Shown: positions 9,953 through 17,316 of the stretch, in pieces | Numbering within the stretch: the stretch's first letter is position 1 | Layout of the letters: each line of letters opens with the position of its first letter | Source: Pseudomonadota bacterium | GTDB lineage: Bacteria > Pseudomonadota > Gammaproteobacteria > JAKBBU01 | DNA length: 62,423 nucleotides | Reading direction: 5' to 3' | NCBI GenBank assembly: GCA_021808365.1 | Contig: JAKBBU010000004.1 | Span: 1 to 62,423 of the forward strand | Notes under the pieces: generated by a model | Database searches by the model: none | What the model was told of the DNA's origin: nothing | What the model saw: only the letters and a program-made list of their open reading frames with translations | Program-made: the position numbers and the translations under genes

Positions 9953-10060
9953 TTAATATTCCCTTAAGGTTTGCCCTCTACAATGAACCTAAATAACAAA
10001 AACAAACAATAAAAACGACCGCTTTGAAAGCACTTTAGCCCCTCTTCGGAGGGGTTTTTT
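9953..10060 (+). repeat. Copy B of the terminator-ending repeat module
   Basis: ttaatattcccttaaggtttgccctctacaatgaacctaaataacaaaaacaaacaataaaaacgaccgctttgaaagcactttagcccctcttcggaggggtttttt. It is nearly identical to the reverse complement of 39750-39860. Confidence 0.8.
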
Positions 10061-10089
10061 ATTTCGGGTTAGCGTACTCGCGCTTAGAG

Positions 10090-10130
10090 CCACTTAATCC
10101 CTGACGAGACCAGGGAAGGTGGGGGTTTTT
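10090..10130 (+). terminator. Third plus-strand terminator-like hairpin with a T-run
   Basis: ccacttaatccctg acgagac cagggaaggtgg followed by gggttttt. No plus-strand ORF lies upstream of it. Confidence 0.5.
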
Positions 10131-10133
10131 ATT

Positions 10134-10988
10134 TCAAAATCGCTTCACCCGAACATGGCAATAAGGCTCCTTCCCCGTTTTTTCATAATAATCCTGATGA
10201 TATTCTTCCGCTAACCAAAATGGTGCAGCTGGAAGCAAACGAGTAGCCACTTTATAATCTAAAGCTTGAAGTTGCTCAATGACCGCCTGAGCCTCCTTTT
10301 TTTGTTTCTCATCTTCATAAAAAATCGCGCTGAGATATTGAGGTCCTAAATCCGGACCTTGGCCATCGGTTTGAGTTGGATCATGAATTTCAAAAAAATA
10401 TTTCAAGAGATCTTCATAGGCCAATTTAGCACAATCATAAACCACCCGGATCGCTTCAAAATGTCCCGTTTTTTTCGTGCAGACTTCTTCATAAGTTGGA
10501 GATTGTGTTTGTCCACCCGTGTAACCCACTTCTGTTTTCAACACACCATCTAATTGATCCAAATAATACTGCACGCCCCAAAAACAACCGGCAGCTAAGA
10601 TCGCTTCGCCCGTATCTAGAACAGTTTGATCCGCCACAAATTCAATCGCGAGTGAATTCACACAATGGCGTAGATTATTCGGTGTATATTTTTCACCCTC
10701 AAACATATGGCCTAAATGACCGTGACAACGATGACATAAAATTTCTGTTCGATGGCCATCACGATCAGGTTCCCGCAAAATCGCTTCTGGTAATTCATCA
10801 TCAAAACTGGGCCAACCACAGACTGAAACAAAATGGTGTTCGGCTCGAAAAAGCGCCAGACCACAACCTCGACAAAGAAAAGTCCCGCGGGATGATTTTT
10901 CTAAATACTGCCCTGAAAAAGGAGGCTCTGTACCTTTATCTTGAAGAATAGCAAGCACATTTGGCGTAAGCGTTGCTTGTTTTTTCAT
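10134..10988 (-). CDS. msrAB: Bifunctional peptide methionine sulfoxide reductase MsrB-MsrA
   Basis: The N-terminal half is MsrB (CRGCGLALF...GWPSF...HRCHGHLGHMF...RHCVNS). The C-terminal half is MsrA (AGCFWGVQYY...GYTGG). Confidence 0.9.
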   Translation of the reverse strand: MKKQATLTPNVLAILQDKGTEPPFSGQYLEKSSRGTFLCRGCGLALFRAEHHFVSVCGWPSFDDELPEAILREPDRDGHRTEILCHRCHGHLGHMFEGEKYTPNNLRHCVNSLAIEFVADQTVLDTGEAILAAGCFWGVQYYLDQLDGVLKTEVGYTGGQTQSPTYEEVCTKKTGHFEAIRVVYDCAKLAYEDLLKYFFEIHDPTQTDGQGPDLGPQYLSAIFYEDEKQKKEAQAVIEQLQALDYKVATRLLPAAPFWLAEEYHQDYYEKTGKEPYCHVRVKRF

Positions 10989-11025
10989 AAAGCCTCTTTA
11001 TACATTTGTCGTATTTATCGAGTAT

Positions 11026-11073
11026 AAAGAAGACTGCACCAATACCACAACACGTATTGGTGCACCCTTCTTT
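11026..11073. repeat. REP-like palindromic element, short form (family with the centre caccaatac-GTGTTGTG-gtattggtg)
   Basis: aaagaagactgcaccaatac cacaacac gtattggtgcacccttcttt. The arms are 20 bp with two mismatches. It lies between the co-directional minus-strand genes msrBA and the LysM gene. Confidence 0.85.
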
Positions 11074-11084
11074 TTATCGACCAA

Positions 11085-12161
11085 TTAGCCAACACTCTTA
11101 GGATTCACCGCTACATCCAAAACATGGATCGGTAATTTTGCATCGAGGATCAAACCTAGGCTAATTTGAGGTGTGGTACGAAAGACCATTAATGTTCCTT
11201 CTTTTTTAATAGGACGACTATATGTTTTTCCTGAGGATTGCATCGCCGCCAAGACTGCATCGTTGGTTTCAATGATCGTTAAAATATCGCCCACGACCAA
11301 TCCATCCTTTGATCCCTTATCCAACACAACAACATTGTATTGTCCTGCTTCAATGACACCATCAAGCACCGATAAAATTTTTGCGCGAATCGGTATAGTA
11401 GGTAATCGAGGCCGATAATTCTGTGGCTGCGGTAGTGATTGTTTCATCACGATGTAATCACCGCCTTCCACTTCGCGATTTGTACTGGTTAAGTATAAAC
11501 TTGCAGGATTACCCACTTGGCTCAGTGTGCCCTGGCCAATTTCTAGCATGGCAATCCCTAACACTTTTTGTGTTTCAGGTAGCGTAAACGTATCTAATTT
11601 TCGATAAATAAAATACATTTTACCAGGTATCCCACCTGAGGGTAAATTGGCAACATTAATAGAATCACCTGCGCCACCTACAACATGTTCGTCCTCAACC
11701 TCCAAAACCGTTGGAAGACTATTCAGTGTTTTAGGATCGATAATCTGCATATCAACTAAATAAGGCTTGATAATATTTAATGGGATCGCGGGGACAGGTT
11801 CATTCAACTGAACACTACGCACGCTCGGTTTTAATTTAATCGTACCGCCCTCGTGAACAGAAAGCTGCGGTGTGGTTCCCTTAAATGTTAACGTCAAAAT
11901 ATCCCCTGGATAGAGGTTTTTTGGACCTTGGCCACCGGGCCAAAGTTGTGGCCATTGCAAGGGATCTTGTAAAAATTGGGATGAAATCGACCATAATGTA
12001 TCACCAGGCTGAATCACATAGGAAACAGGATAGTGAGACTCTAATAAAATATCTGTTTTTTCTGGTTGCTCAGGGGCCTGAGTTTGAGGCTGAATTGGGG
12101 CCGCATAAACTAAAACACTCAAATTGACCATTAATACAAAACATAAAAAGCGCATAACCAT
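11085..12161 (-). CDS. LysM peptidoglycan-binding protein, TsaP-like (secretin-associated family)
   Basis: A signal peptide is followed by a LysM domain (YVIQPGDTLWSISSQFLQDPLQWPQLW...NLYPGDILTL) and then a ~250-aa C-terminal domain. The start codon overlaps the dotB stop (TAATG). Confidence 0.6.
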   Translation of the reverse strand: MVMRFLCFVLMVNLSVLVYAAPIQPQTQAPEQPEKTDILLESHYPVSYVIQPGDTLWSISSQFLQDPLQWPQLWPGGQGPKNLYPGDILTLTFKGTTPQLSVHEGGTIKLKPSVRSVQLNEPVPAIPLNIIKPYLVDMQIIDPKTLNSLPTVLEVEDEHVVGGAGDSINVANLPSGGIPGKMYFIYRKLDTFTLPETQKVLGIAMLEIGQGTLSQVGNPASLYLTSTNREVEGGDYIVMKQSLPQPQNYRPRLPTIPIRAKILSVLDGVIEAGQYNVVVLDKGSKDGLVVGDILTIIETNDAVLAAMQSSGKTYSRPIKKEGTLMVFRTTPQISLGLILDAKLPIHVLDVAVNPKSVG

Positions 12162-13282
12162 TAAGCTTCAACCTTCGTTTCAGCAAGCAATAATTTATAT
12201 TCCCGTTCACCAATAAGACCCATGTTGAATTTCTCTTCGGCATCAAGACGCATAGGCCTGCCACGCTCTTCCAATAATTGACGCGTCACCGCAGTGATAT
12301 TATCAGGATCAGCAGCCAATAAAAGATCTCGCACTTGCTCATCAAACACTAAATATTCTCGCAGTGCGACACGGCCACCTTCAGGTGTTGGAACTAATTT
12401 TTGCCATACGGATAAGCGAATGGTTTCAATGATGTCGATCGTACGGCTATTTCTCTCATCGCGTGGGAAAGAAGTCACCAACCGCCGAATCGTCTCTGCA
12501 ACCCCATTACTGTGCAGGGTCGTATAAACCGGATGCCCTGTCAATGCGGCCTCAAGTACAGCAAGAATTGTTTCTGGATCACGCGCTTCACCCACAAGGA
12601 TCGCCATGGGTTTTCGCCGTAGAGCATTACGAACCCCTGCGGCAAAACTCGCTAAATGCCTTGGAATTTCAGACTGGCAAACTAAAGCCGAAGGTTTAAC
12701 AATGGCATCAAATACAAATTCAATCGGTGATTCATAAGTAAGAATTTTTCGATGACTTTCTGCTTGTTCCGCAAGTTCGCGAATAATGGCCGCCAAAAGC
12801 GTACTTTTACCCGATCCAGTTGCACCCGTGATATAAATCACACCCTGATGAGGAGCAATAGCTTGCGTAATTTCAGGCGATAGATTTAATTGACTCAATG
12901 TAGGCGGTTCACTGGGGATCACACGCAATGTAAGTTGGATCCCTGGATGTCCTGCAACTTGACAAGCCGTCCCATTCACACGAAATCGAAACCGTTCACC
13001 GCGGCTCGGGCGGTGTTCATAATGCGTATCCACATCATGGCCGCTTAATAATTGCGTAGTCCCATTAGGACCATAAATATAATTTAAAATTTCCCCAACT
13101 TCTGCATTCGATAAACTACGATGCGTCACGCGCATCAAACGACCATGAACTTCAGCAAAAACAGATTCTCCTGTTTGCAAGGTAATGTCCGAAGCACCAA
13201 GATGATAACAATGCGCCAGGAGACGATCAAAATCGTCAGCCGTAAAACGCACGGGTTCATCACGTAAGTAAACTATTTCCAT
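12161..13282 (-). CDS. dotB: Dot/Icm type IVB secretion ATPase DotB (PilT/VirB11 class)
   Basis: 373 aa with the Walker A motif GATGSGKST and a PilT-like core (RNALRRKPMAILVGEARD). It immediately follows dotC and dotD. Confidence 0.9.
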   Translation of the reverse strand: MEIVYLRDEPVRFTADDFDRLLAHCYHLGASDITLQTGESVFAEVHGRLMRVTHRSLSNAEVGEILNYIYGPNGTTQLLSGHDVDTHYEHRPSRGERFRFRVNGTACQVAGHPGIQLTLRVIPSEPPTLSQLNLSPEITQAIAPHQGVIYITGATGSGKSTLLAAIIRELAEQAESHRKILTYESPIEFVFDAIVKPSALVCQSEIPRHLASFAAGVRNALRRKPMAILVGEARDPETILAVLEAALTGHPVYTTLHSNGVAETIRRLVTSFPRDERNSRTIDIIETIRLSVWQKLVPTPEGGRVALREYLVFDEQVRDLLLAADPDNITAVTRQLLEERGRPMRLDAEEKFNMGLIGEREYKLLLAETKVEA

Positions 13283-14085
13283 TACTCGACAACCACCGGT
13301 TTCCAGGCTTGGCTATTCGTTTGTAGTGCAGGTAGCGCGGTGATCCGAAGAACATGATCATTAATGCTCAATTGTGAGCTATCGCCCGTCACACCCAAAT
13401 CTGTCGTTGCCACAAAGGGTGGACTCACCATATTCTTTGCCAACAATTTACGATATAATACCATCCCTTCATAATCATGTTTTAAACGTCCCAAATTTTC
13501 ACCATAAATTGTATTAGCTTGTTCAATACCATTTTTCCAGCCAAGATTGACATAATGCTGCCAAATTTGTTTTTCCTGTTTCGTTTTTGGTAAAAGCGCC
13601 GAATTAGGCACGGGCGGTGGTGGATAATCCATCCAGATGTAATCCCGCCAGGTTGGCGGTACCGTTACAAAACGAGCTTGCTGAATAATTTGGTAAGTCA
13701 CATCTGAAATTCGGATAGTATTAGGATCCGCAAGATTGAGTGTATTATCGCCTTCCGCTAAAACAGGAGGCAGCACGCTGTGCTCAAGTAAGAGCCCATT
13801 AAAACTGAAAATTTGATCCAATCGCGTTGCATTGTGTGAAAGGGATTGATCAATTTGAGTGGCTCGCCAAGAAAGACCCGCTTGCGCTCCCAAAGAAAGA
13901 GCTGTGTTTTGCAAGCCCAAGGTACGAATTTGATTCGCTTTTGAATTCTCGCTATCTTTTTTCGATGCTGATAAATTTTCTAAGTCAGTTAAAGACTGAG
14001 TATCAACAGGCGTTGTAGGTTCAGAATAGCAACCTACAAGGCCAAGAATGATCAGCATGAGAAATGGTTGAAATAGCTTTTTCAT
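13282..14085 (-). CDS. dotC: Dot/Icm outer-membrane lipoprotein DotC
   Basis: The start was moved to MKKLFQPFLMLIILGLVGC (lipobox LVGC), 13 nt after the dotD stop. The longer ORF start at 14211 would overlap dotD. Position and size fit DotC. Confidence 0.8.
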   Translation of the reverse strand: MKKLFQPFLMLIILGLVGCYSEPTTPVDTQSLTDLENLSASKKDSENSKANQIRTLGLQNTALSLGAQAGLSWRATQIDQSLSHNATRLDQIFSFNGLLLEHSVLPPVLAEGDNTLNLADPNTIRISDVTYQIIQQARFVTVPPTWRDYIWMDYPPPPVPNSALLPKTKQEKQIWQHYVNLGWKNGIEQANTIYGENLGRLKHDYEGMVLYRKLLAKNMVSPPFVATTDLGVTGDSSQLSINDHVLRITALPALQTNSQAWKPVVVE

Positions 14086-14098
14086 AATCCTTCCAGCA

Positions 14099-14674
14099 TT
14101 ACGCCTTCGCATACCGCAATTCAATAATTTTTGTTGATGGATAGACAACAATATCAGCGCGTTTGTTCGCCTGATAGCCTGCATTTTGTAAGATCGTACC
14201 AATAGGTACATCCTGTGCGTCGAGCATCACGAGGATCGGAATACTAGGAGGTGTACCTAATACACGAACATGATAATGTGTGAGTTCTGCAATTTTATCT
14301 ACCAATGGGCCAATAGGGCCATTCCAATTCACAGAAACCATTTCACCCATTCCATAGCTTGAGGGTAACGGTGGCTGAACAGGACGCTTTGCAGGTGTCG
14401 CTGCTTGCTGAACTTGGGCCAATGATGTCAATGAGCTGCTCACTGAGCTTGCTGCTTCAGCAAGCTGCACTTCAGCACTGTCCACAGGCGCGTTTGGGCC
14501 TCGAGTGATGGGTTGTGGAGAGTGATCCGGTGAATAAGCCCCCTCATCGGTGGACGTTGAGATATTGTAACAACCACCTAAACATGCACTACCTATAAGA
14601 AGGCTAGTGAAAAACAGACTCTTACTAGAAATTTTCACAAACAGAAACTCCTCTGCGATTTTTCGCAACCCCAT
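14099..14674 (-). CDS. dotD: Dot/Icm outer-membrane lipoprotein DotD
   Basis: A lipobox is present (SACLGGC). A low-complexity linker precedes the C-terminal domain (GPIGPLVDKIAELTHYHVRVLG...IVVYPSTKIIELRY). It is the first gene of the dotD-dotC-dotB order. The exact start is uncertain. Confidence 0.8.
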   Translation of the reverse strand: MGLRKIAEEFLFVKISSKSLFFTSLLIGSACLGGCYNISTSTDEGAYSPDHSPQPITRGPNAPVDSAEVQLAEAASSVSSSLTSLAQVQQAATPAKRPVQPPLPSSYGMGEMVSVNWNGPIGPLVDKIAELTHYHVRVLGTPPSIPILVMLDAQDVPIGTILQNAGYQANKRADIVVYPSTKIIELRYAKA

Positions 14675-14742
14675 AATAGATCAGACCGAGAGTCTCGCCA
14701 AGTGGATCATTTTAAACTAGAATAAAACCATTGAATCTCTTA

Positions 14743-14900
14743 GAGCCTGTCTGGTTAAAAAATACCAGAGCGAAAAATGAGGGGATTCGATGAAAATTTT
14801 TATGAATTTGAGGCGAATAGCGCGCCTATTTAACGAGCCCAGGAAAATTTGCATCAATCCTACTCATTTTGCAGCTGGTATTTTTTAACCAGACAAGCTC
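14743..14900. repeat. 158-bp long imperfect palindrome (MITE-like) in the dotD/icmT divergent intergenic region
   Basis: The left arm is gagcctgtctggttaaaaaatacca and the right arm is tggtattttttaaccagacaagctc (1 mismatch). The interior is also self-complementary (cgaaaaatgaggggattcgatgaaaatttt versus gcaaaatgagtaggattgatgcaaatttt). Confidence 0.8.
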
Positions 14901-14938
14901 TTAATTAGGTACGGCGCAAAAACTTGGAGAATTGCACT

Positions 14939-15199
14939 ATGTCACGCTACACAACGGATGCCAACTGGCGAGATGCTGCCCGCCCAGCCAAATTCTTTGG
15001 TATCGACGCAAAAGCAGCTATGCCTTTGTTATTATTTTTGCTCCATATGCGGCTTTGGACCCTCCTTATGACCATTGGGTTCACCTTCTTTTTTGGGATC
15101 CTCTCTCACTTTGGCTTTACTTTTCGCGTCTTCATCGTCCGTTTTCGGTGTTTTCTAGCCGGTCGGCATAAACTTGCTAAGCCTTGGTGGAACCAATAA
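14939..15199 (+). CDS. icmT: Dot/Icm inner-membrane protein IcmT
   Basis: 86 aa counted from the ATG at 14939, with RBS ggaga 8 nt upstream. ANWRDAARPAKFFGIDAKAAMPLLLFLLH...FLAGRHK matches my recollection of the IcmT/TraK-like pattern. Confidence 0.85.
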   Translation: MSRYTTDANWRDAARPAKFFGIDAKAAMPLLLFLLHMRLWTLLMTIGFTFFFGILSHFGFTFRVFIVRFRCFLAGRHKLAKPWWNQ

Positions 15200-15201
15200 C
15201 C

Positions 15202-15537
15202 ATGATTACTAAGAAAATGATTCGCATTGCACAGACCATGAATGCCCGTTTTACCCTAAACGGCCGCTCGCTGAGCCATGAAGAGGTTTTCTCTGAAACG
15301 GGGCTACTACCTGGACTCGCCCGCCGAGCCGACCAGTTGGCCTCGCTTTGCTTGGGTTATGGCATTGGAGCTACTTTCGAGGAAACTCAACCTTCCTTAC
15401 TTGGGGTTAAAGTAGTCTTTGACGAAATCACCCCAAATGTGTTAAGATATCTCTGTATTATGGACGTGCTAAAAGAGTTAATCCTAAGGGGTGGATCGTC
15501 TACAGAGACCCCCATGGATGAGTTGATGTACGACTAG
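15202..15537 (+). CDS. icmS: Dot/Icm type IV adaptor/chaperone IcmS
   Basis: 111 aa. The sequence contains EEVFSETGLLPGLARRADQLASLCLGYGIGATFEE...VVFDEITPNVLRYLCIMDV...PMDELMYD, which closely resembles L. pneumophila IcmS as I remember it. Confidence 0.9.
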   Translation: MITKKMIRIAQTMNARFTLNGRSLSHEEVFSETGLLPGLARRADQLASLCLGYGIGATFEETQPSLLGVKVVFDEITPNVLRYLCIMDVLKELILRGGSSTETPMDELMYD

Positions 15538-15602
15538 AACATCAGGTTCGCATAAGATAAAAAATTTATAAATTTCAAGGGGATGAGCGTAAAATACTGG
15601 AT

Positions 15603-15660
15603 AGTATTTGACAAGCTCGCCCAGATATGTTAAGATATATCTGTAGCGTAGATGAGTAAA
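15603..15660 (+). pseudogene. Degenerate duplicated fragment of the icmS 3' region
   Basis: agtatttgacaagctcgcccagatatgttaagatatatctgta aligns with icmS 15414-15457 at about 35/44 positions with one 1-nt gap. In frame it reads PDMLRYICSVDE*, compared with icmS PNVLRYLCIMDV. Confidence 0.6.
15608..15636 (+). promoter_or_regulatory. Sigma-70-like promoter (TTGACA-N17-TAAGAT) upstream of the 90-aa ORF
   Basis: The -35 ttgaca is at 15608-15613, followed by a 17-nt spacer and the -10 taagat at 15631-15636. It lies about 120 nt upstream of the ATG at 15759 and inside the icmS-derived fragment. Confidence 0.45.
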
Positions 15661-15758
15661 TCGCCTACAACATGACTAGAGAGTCAAAAGAAACGGTTTA
15701 ATGGACTAAACCCCCGGCCGAAAGTCGGTAAATATAATAACTAAAGGTCCTAAAAAAC

Positions 15759-16031
15759 ATGTCAACCACGATGCTGAATAATAGTTTTGTCGCTCAAAGA
15801 GGGTTCTTTGCAGAAAGCCCTGCTGGAAAAGGGCCCAAGCTTGATCTTCGCATAACACAGGAACTCACTGAAGTCGTACGTTCGACTTTGCAAGGCTTTT
15901 TTGAACATTTAGAAAAAATCCCGCTTAATTCGAATAATGGCTATCACAGCGACCTATTAAACGGGCTAGCTGAAGGACTCAACAAACTCGACCCAATTGC
16001 AACCCCTGCACAATCATGCCAAGTACGTTAG
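15759..16031 (+). CDS. Hypothetical 90-aa protein (occupies the position that icmR/FIR genes take after icmS)
   Basis: An ORF with its own promoter-like sequence and a downstream terminator. I do not recognise a family. It is predicted soluble and helical. Confidence 0.5.
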   Translation: MSTTMLNNSFVAQRGFFAESPAGKGPKLDLRITQELTEVVRSTLQGFFEHLEKIPLNSNNGYHSDLLNGLAEGLNKLDPIATPAQSCQVR

Positions 16032-16070
16032 ACGGCGCACTAAGAGCTAAGTCAATGAGATAAATCCAAT

Positions 16071-16097
16071 AAACGGTGCACATAGCGCCGTTTTTAT
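16071..16097 (+). terminator. Intrinsic terminator after the 90-aa ORF
   Basis: aaacggtgc acat agcgccgtttttattt. This is a GC-containing stem followed by a T-run. Confidence 0.6.
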
Positions 16098-16143
16098 TTA
16101 AAAAACATAATAAAAATCAAGCAATTACTTCATAACCATGCAT

Positions 16144-16270
16144 GATCATCCCGGAATGTAGATTGGGTTAGCGCAGCGAAGGATCTCCTGAGCGCCGCGG
16201 AGTCTGAAGTTTCAAACACCCTCTCAGCGGGAGATCCTTCGCTGCGCTAACGCTTGCTCAGGATGACGAA
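16144..16270. repeat. GC-rich palindromic repeat (gtcatcc.../gcgaaggatctcc type)
   Basis: The inverted repeat is gttagcgcagcgaaggatctcc (16167-16188) and ggagatccttcgctgcgctaac (16230-16251). The outer parts are tcatcccggaatg and gctcaggatgacga. Confidence 0.75.
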
Positions 16271-16334
16271 CACTATACCGTGAACGGTTACAAATCTGCA
16301 AAACCCAACATTTTAATGATGAAAAATCAAGAAG

Positions 16335-16613
16335 TTACTTCGGTGGCACCGCCAAGGTAGGCTCTGCATTATTCCGATTCACAGCTTCCTGCTGAACCTC
16401 TTGCTGAGGTGTCAGAGTCGGCTTCTCGAAGATCTTCAAGATAGGCGGCTTATGGTTCTTCCCAAAGCTCGTGCTGGTGCTCGCAGCAACCTGCTGCTTC
16501 TCTTGGGGCGTTAATGTAGCCCATTCCGACTTAGGAATGCCATAGATAGTATCAGAACAGCCCGTGAGAAAACAAAGGGCTGCTAAACCAAAAATCTTGA
16601 TGAATTGACGCAT
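16335..16613 (-). CDS. Small lipoprotein, function unknown
   Basis: 92 aa with the signal and lipobox AALCFLTGCSD. The C-terminus is proline/glutamine rich. Confidence 0.6.
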   Translation of the reverse strand: MRQFIKIFGLAALCFLTGCSDTIYGIPKSEWATLTPQEKQQVAASTSTSFGKNHKPPILKIFEKPTLTPQQEVQQEAVNRNNAEPTLAVPPK

Positions 16614-16617
16614 CCGC

Positions 16618-16974
16618 CTATTCTACCGGAAATCCCAGCTTTTTCCAAAGGGCAAATCCACCATCCATCGAAATGACATTCGAATAACCCATTAACTGCA
16701 AATTTCGGGCTGCCAGTAGGGAACGATGCCCACCACCGCAGTACAAAATGAGCGGCGTTGCTGGATCAGGAGCCACTTTTTCAATATCTCGCTCAATCAC
16801 GCCCTTGCTCAAATGAACAGCGCCTGCTGCATGGCCTAACTTCCATTCAGACTCTTCACGCACATCAATCAATAAGGGCGGAGTTGCGCTCTGTACCTGG
16901 GTTAAAACTGCTGGTGGCTCAGAACAAGGTACCGTTTGTCTGGCTTGCGCAGCGAGTTGCATAAATCGGTTCAT
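16618..16974 (-). CDS. Rhodanese-domain sulfurtransferase
   Basis: LIDVREESEWKLGHAAGAVHL...ILYCGGGHRSLLAARNLQLMGYSNV. The active-site loop is CGGGHRS. Confidence 0.85.
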   Translation of the reverse strand: MNRFMQLAAQARQTVPCSEPPAVLTQVQSATPPLLIDVREESEWKLGHAAGAVHLSKGVIERDIEKVAPDPATPLILYCGGGHRSLLAARNLQLMGYSNVISMDGGFALWKKLGFPVE

Positions 16975-17249
16975 TTTACTTCTTCCTCATTTGGCTTTTC
17001 TGGCCTTAATATATTACGAATATCTGTCAGTGTCTCATTCATACGAAAGAAGAGAATCACCAACTCACAGACGATCCGAACGATCAATGGCCCAAAGATG
17101 AGGGTCTCTAGCCCTCGTAACACACCACCATCAGGCAGGAACATCGTGATCACGCCAGCCAGCACACAAGCCGCCAGCGCAACCCAGAAAACCGTTTGGA
17201 TAATTAAAGGCGTCAACATTCGACGAAAAGAAAAAAAATCTTGGATCAT
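16971..17249 (-). CDS. Small membrane protein (DUF4282-like)
   Basis: 92 aa. FFSFRRMLTPLIIQTVFWVALA... with two TM helices. It makes a 4-nt overlap with the rhodanese gene. Confidence 0.6.
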   Translation of the reverse strand: MIQDFFSFRRMLTPLIIQTVFWVALAACVLAGVITMFLPDGGVLRGLETLIFGPLIVRIVCELVILFFRMNETLTDIRNILRPEKPNEEEVK

Positions 17250-17316
17250 GGCATTTCTCCCGCTCTAAAAAATGGTATAACACATTTTACAATATCTTGC
17301 GAGCAATGGAAGAACA

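Noticed and set aside
9824-10060. Possible CRISPR array, because of tandem ~110-nt units
   Set aside because: There are only two units. They are about 110 nt long, diverged throughout, lack a short-repeat/spacer structure and have no cas genes nearby. No CRISPR-like array was seen anywhere in the window.
10359-10951. Plus-strand ORFs 10359-10553 and 10496-10951 opposite msrBA
   Set aside because: They are antisense to a clear MsrB-MsrA fusion and have no features of their own.
12070-12264. 64-aa minus-strand ORF spanning the dotB/LysM junction
   Set aside because: It overlaps both confidently called genes in another frame.
14086-14211. Upstream extension of the dotC ORF (MYLLVRSYKMQAIRR...)
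   Set aside because: It overlaps the 3' end of dotD. The downstream MKKLFQPF...LVGC is a proper lipoprotein signal starting 13 nt after the dotD stop.
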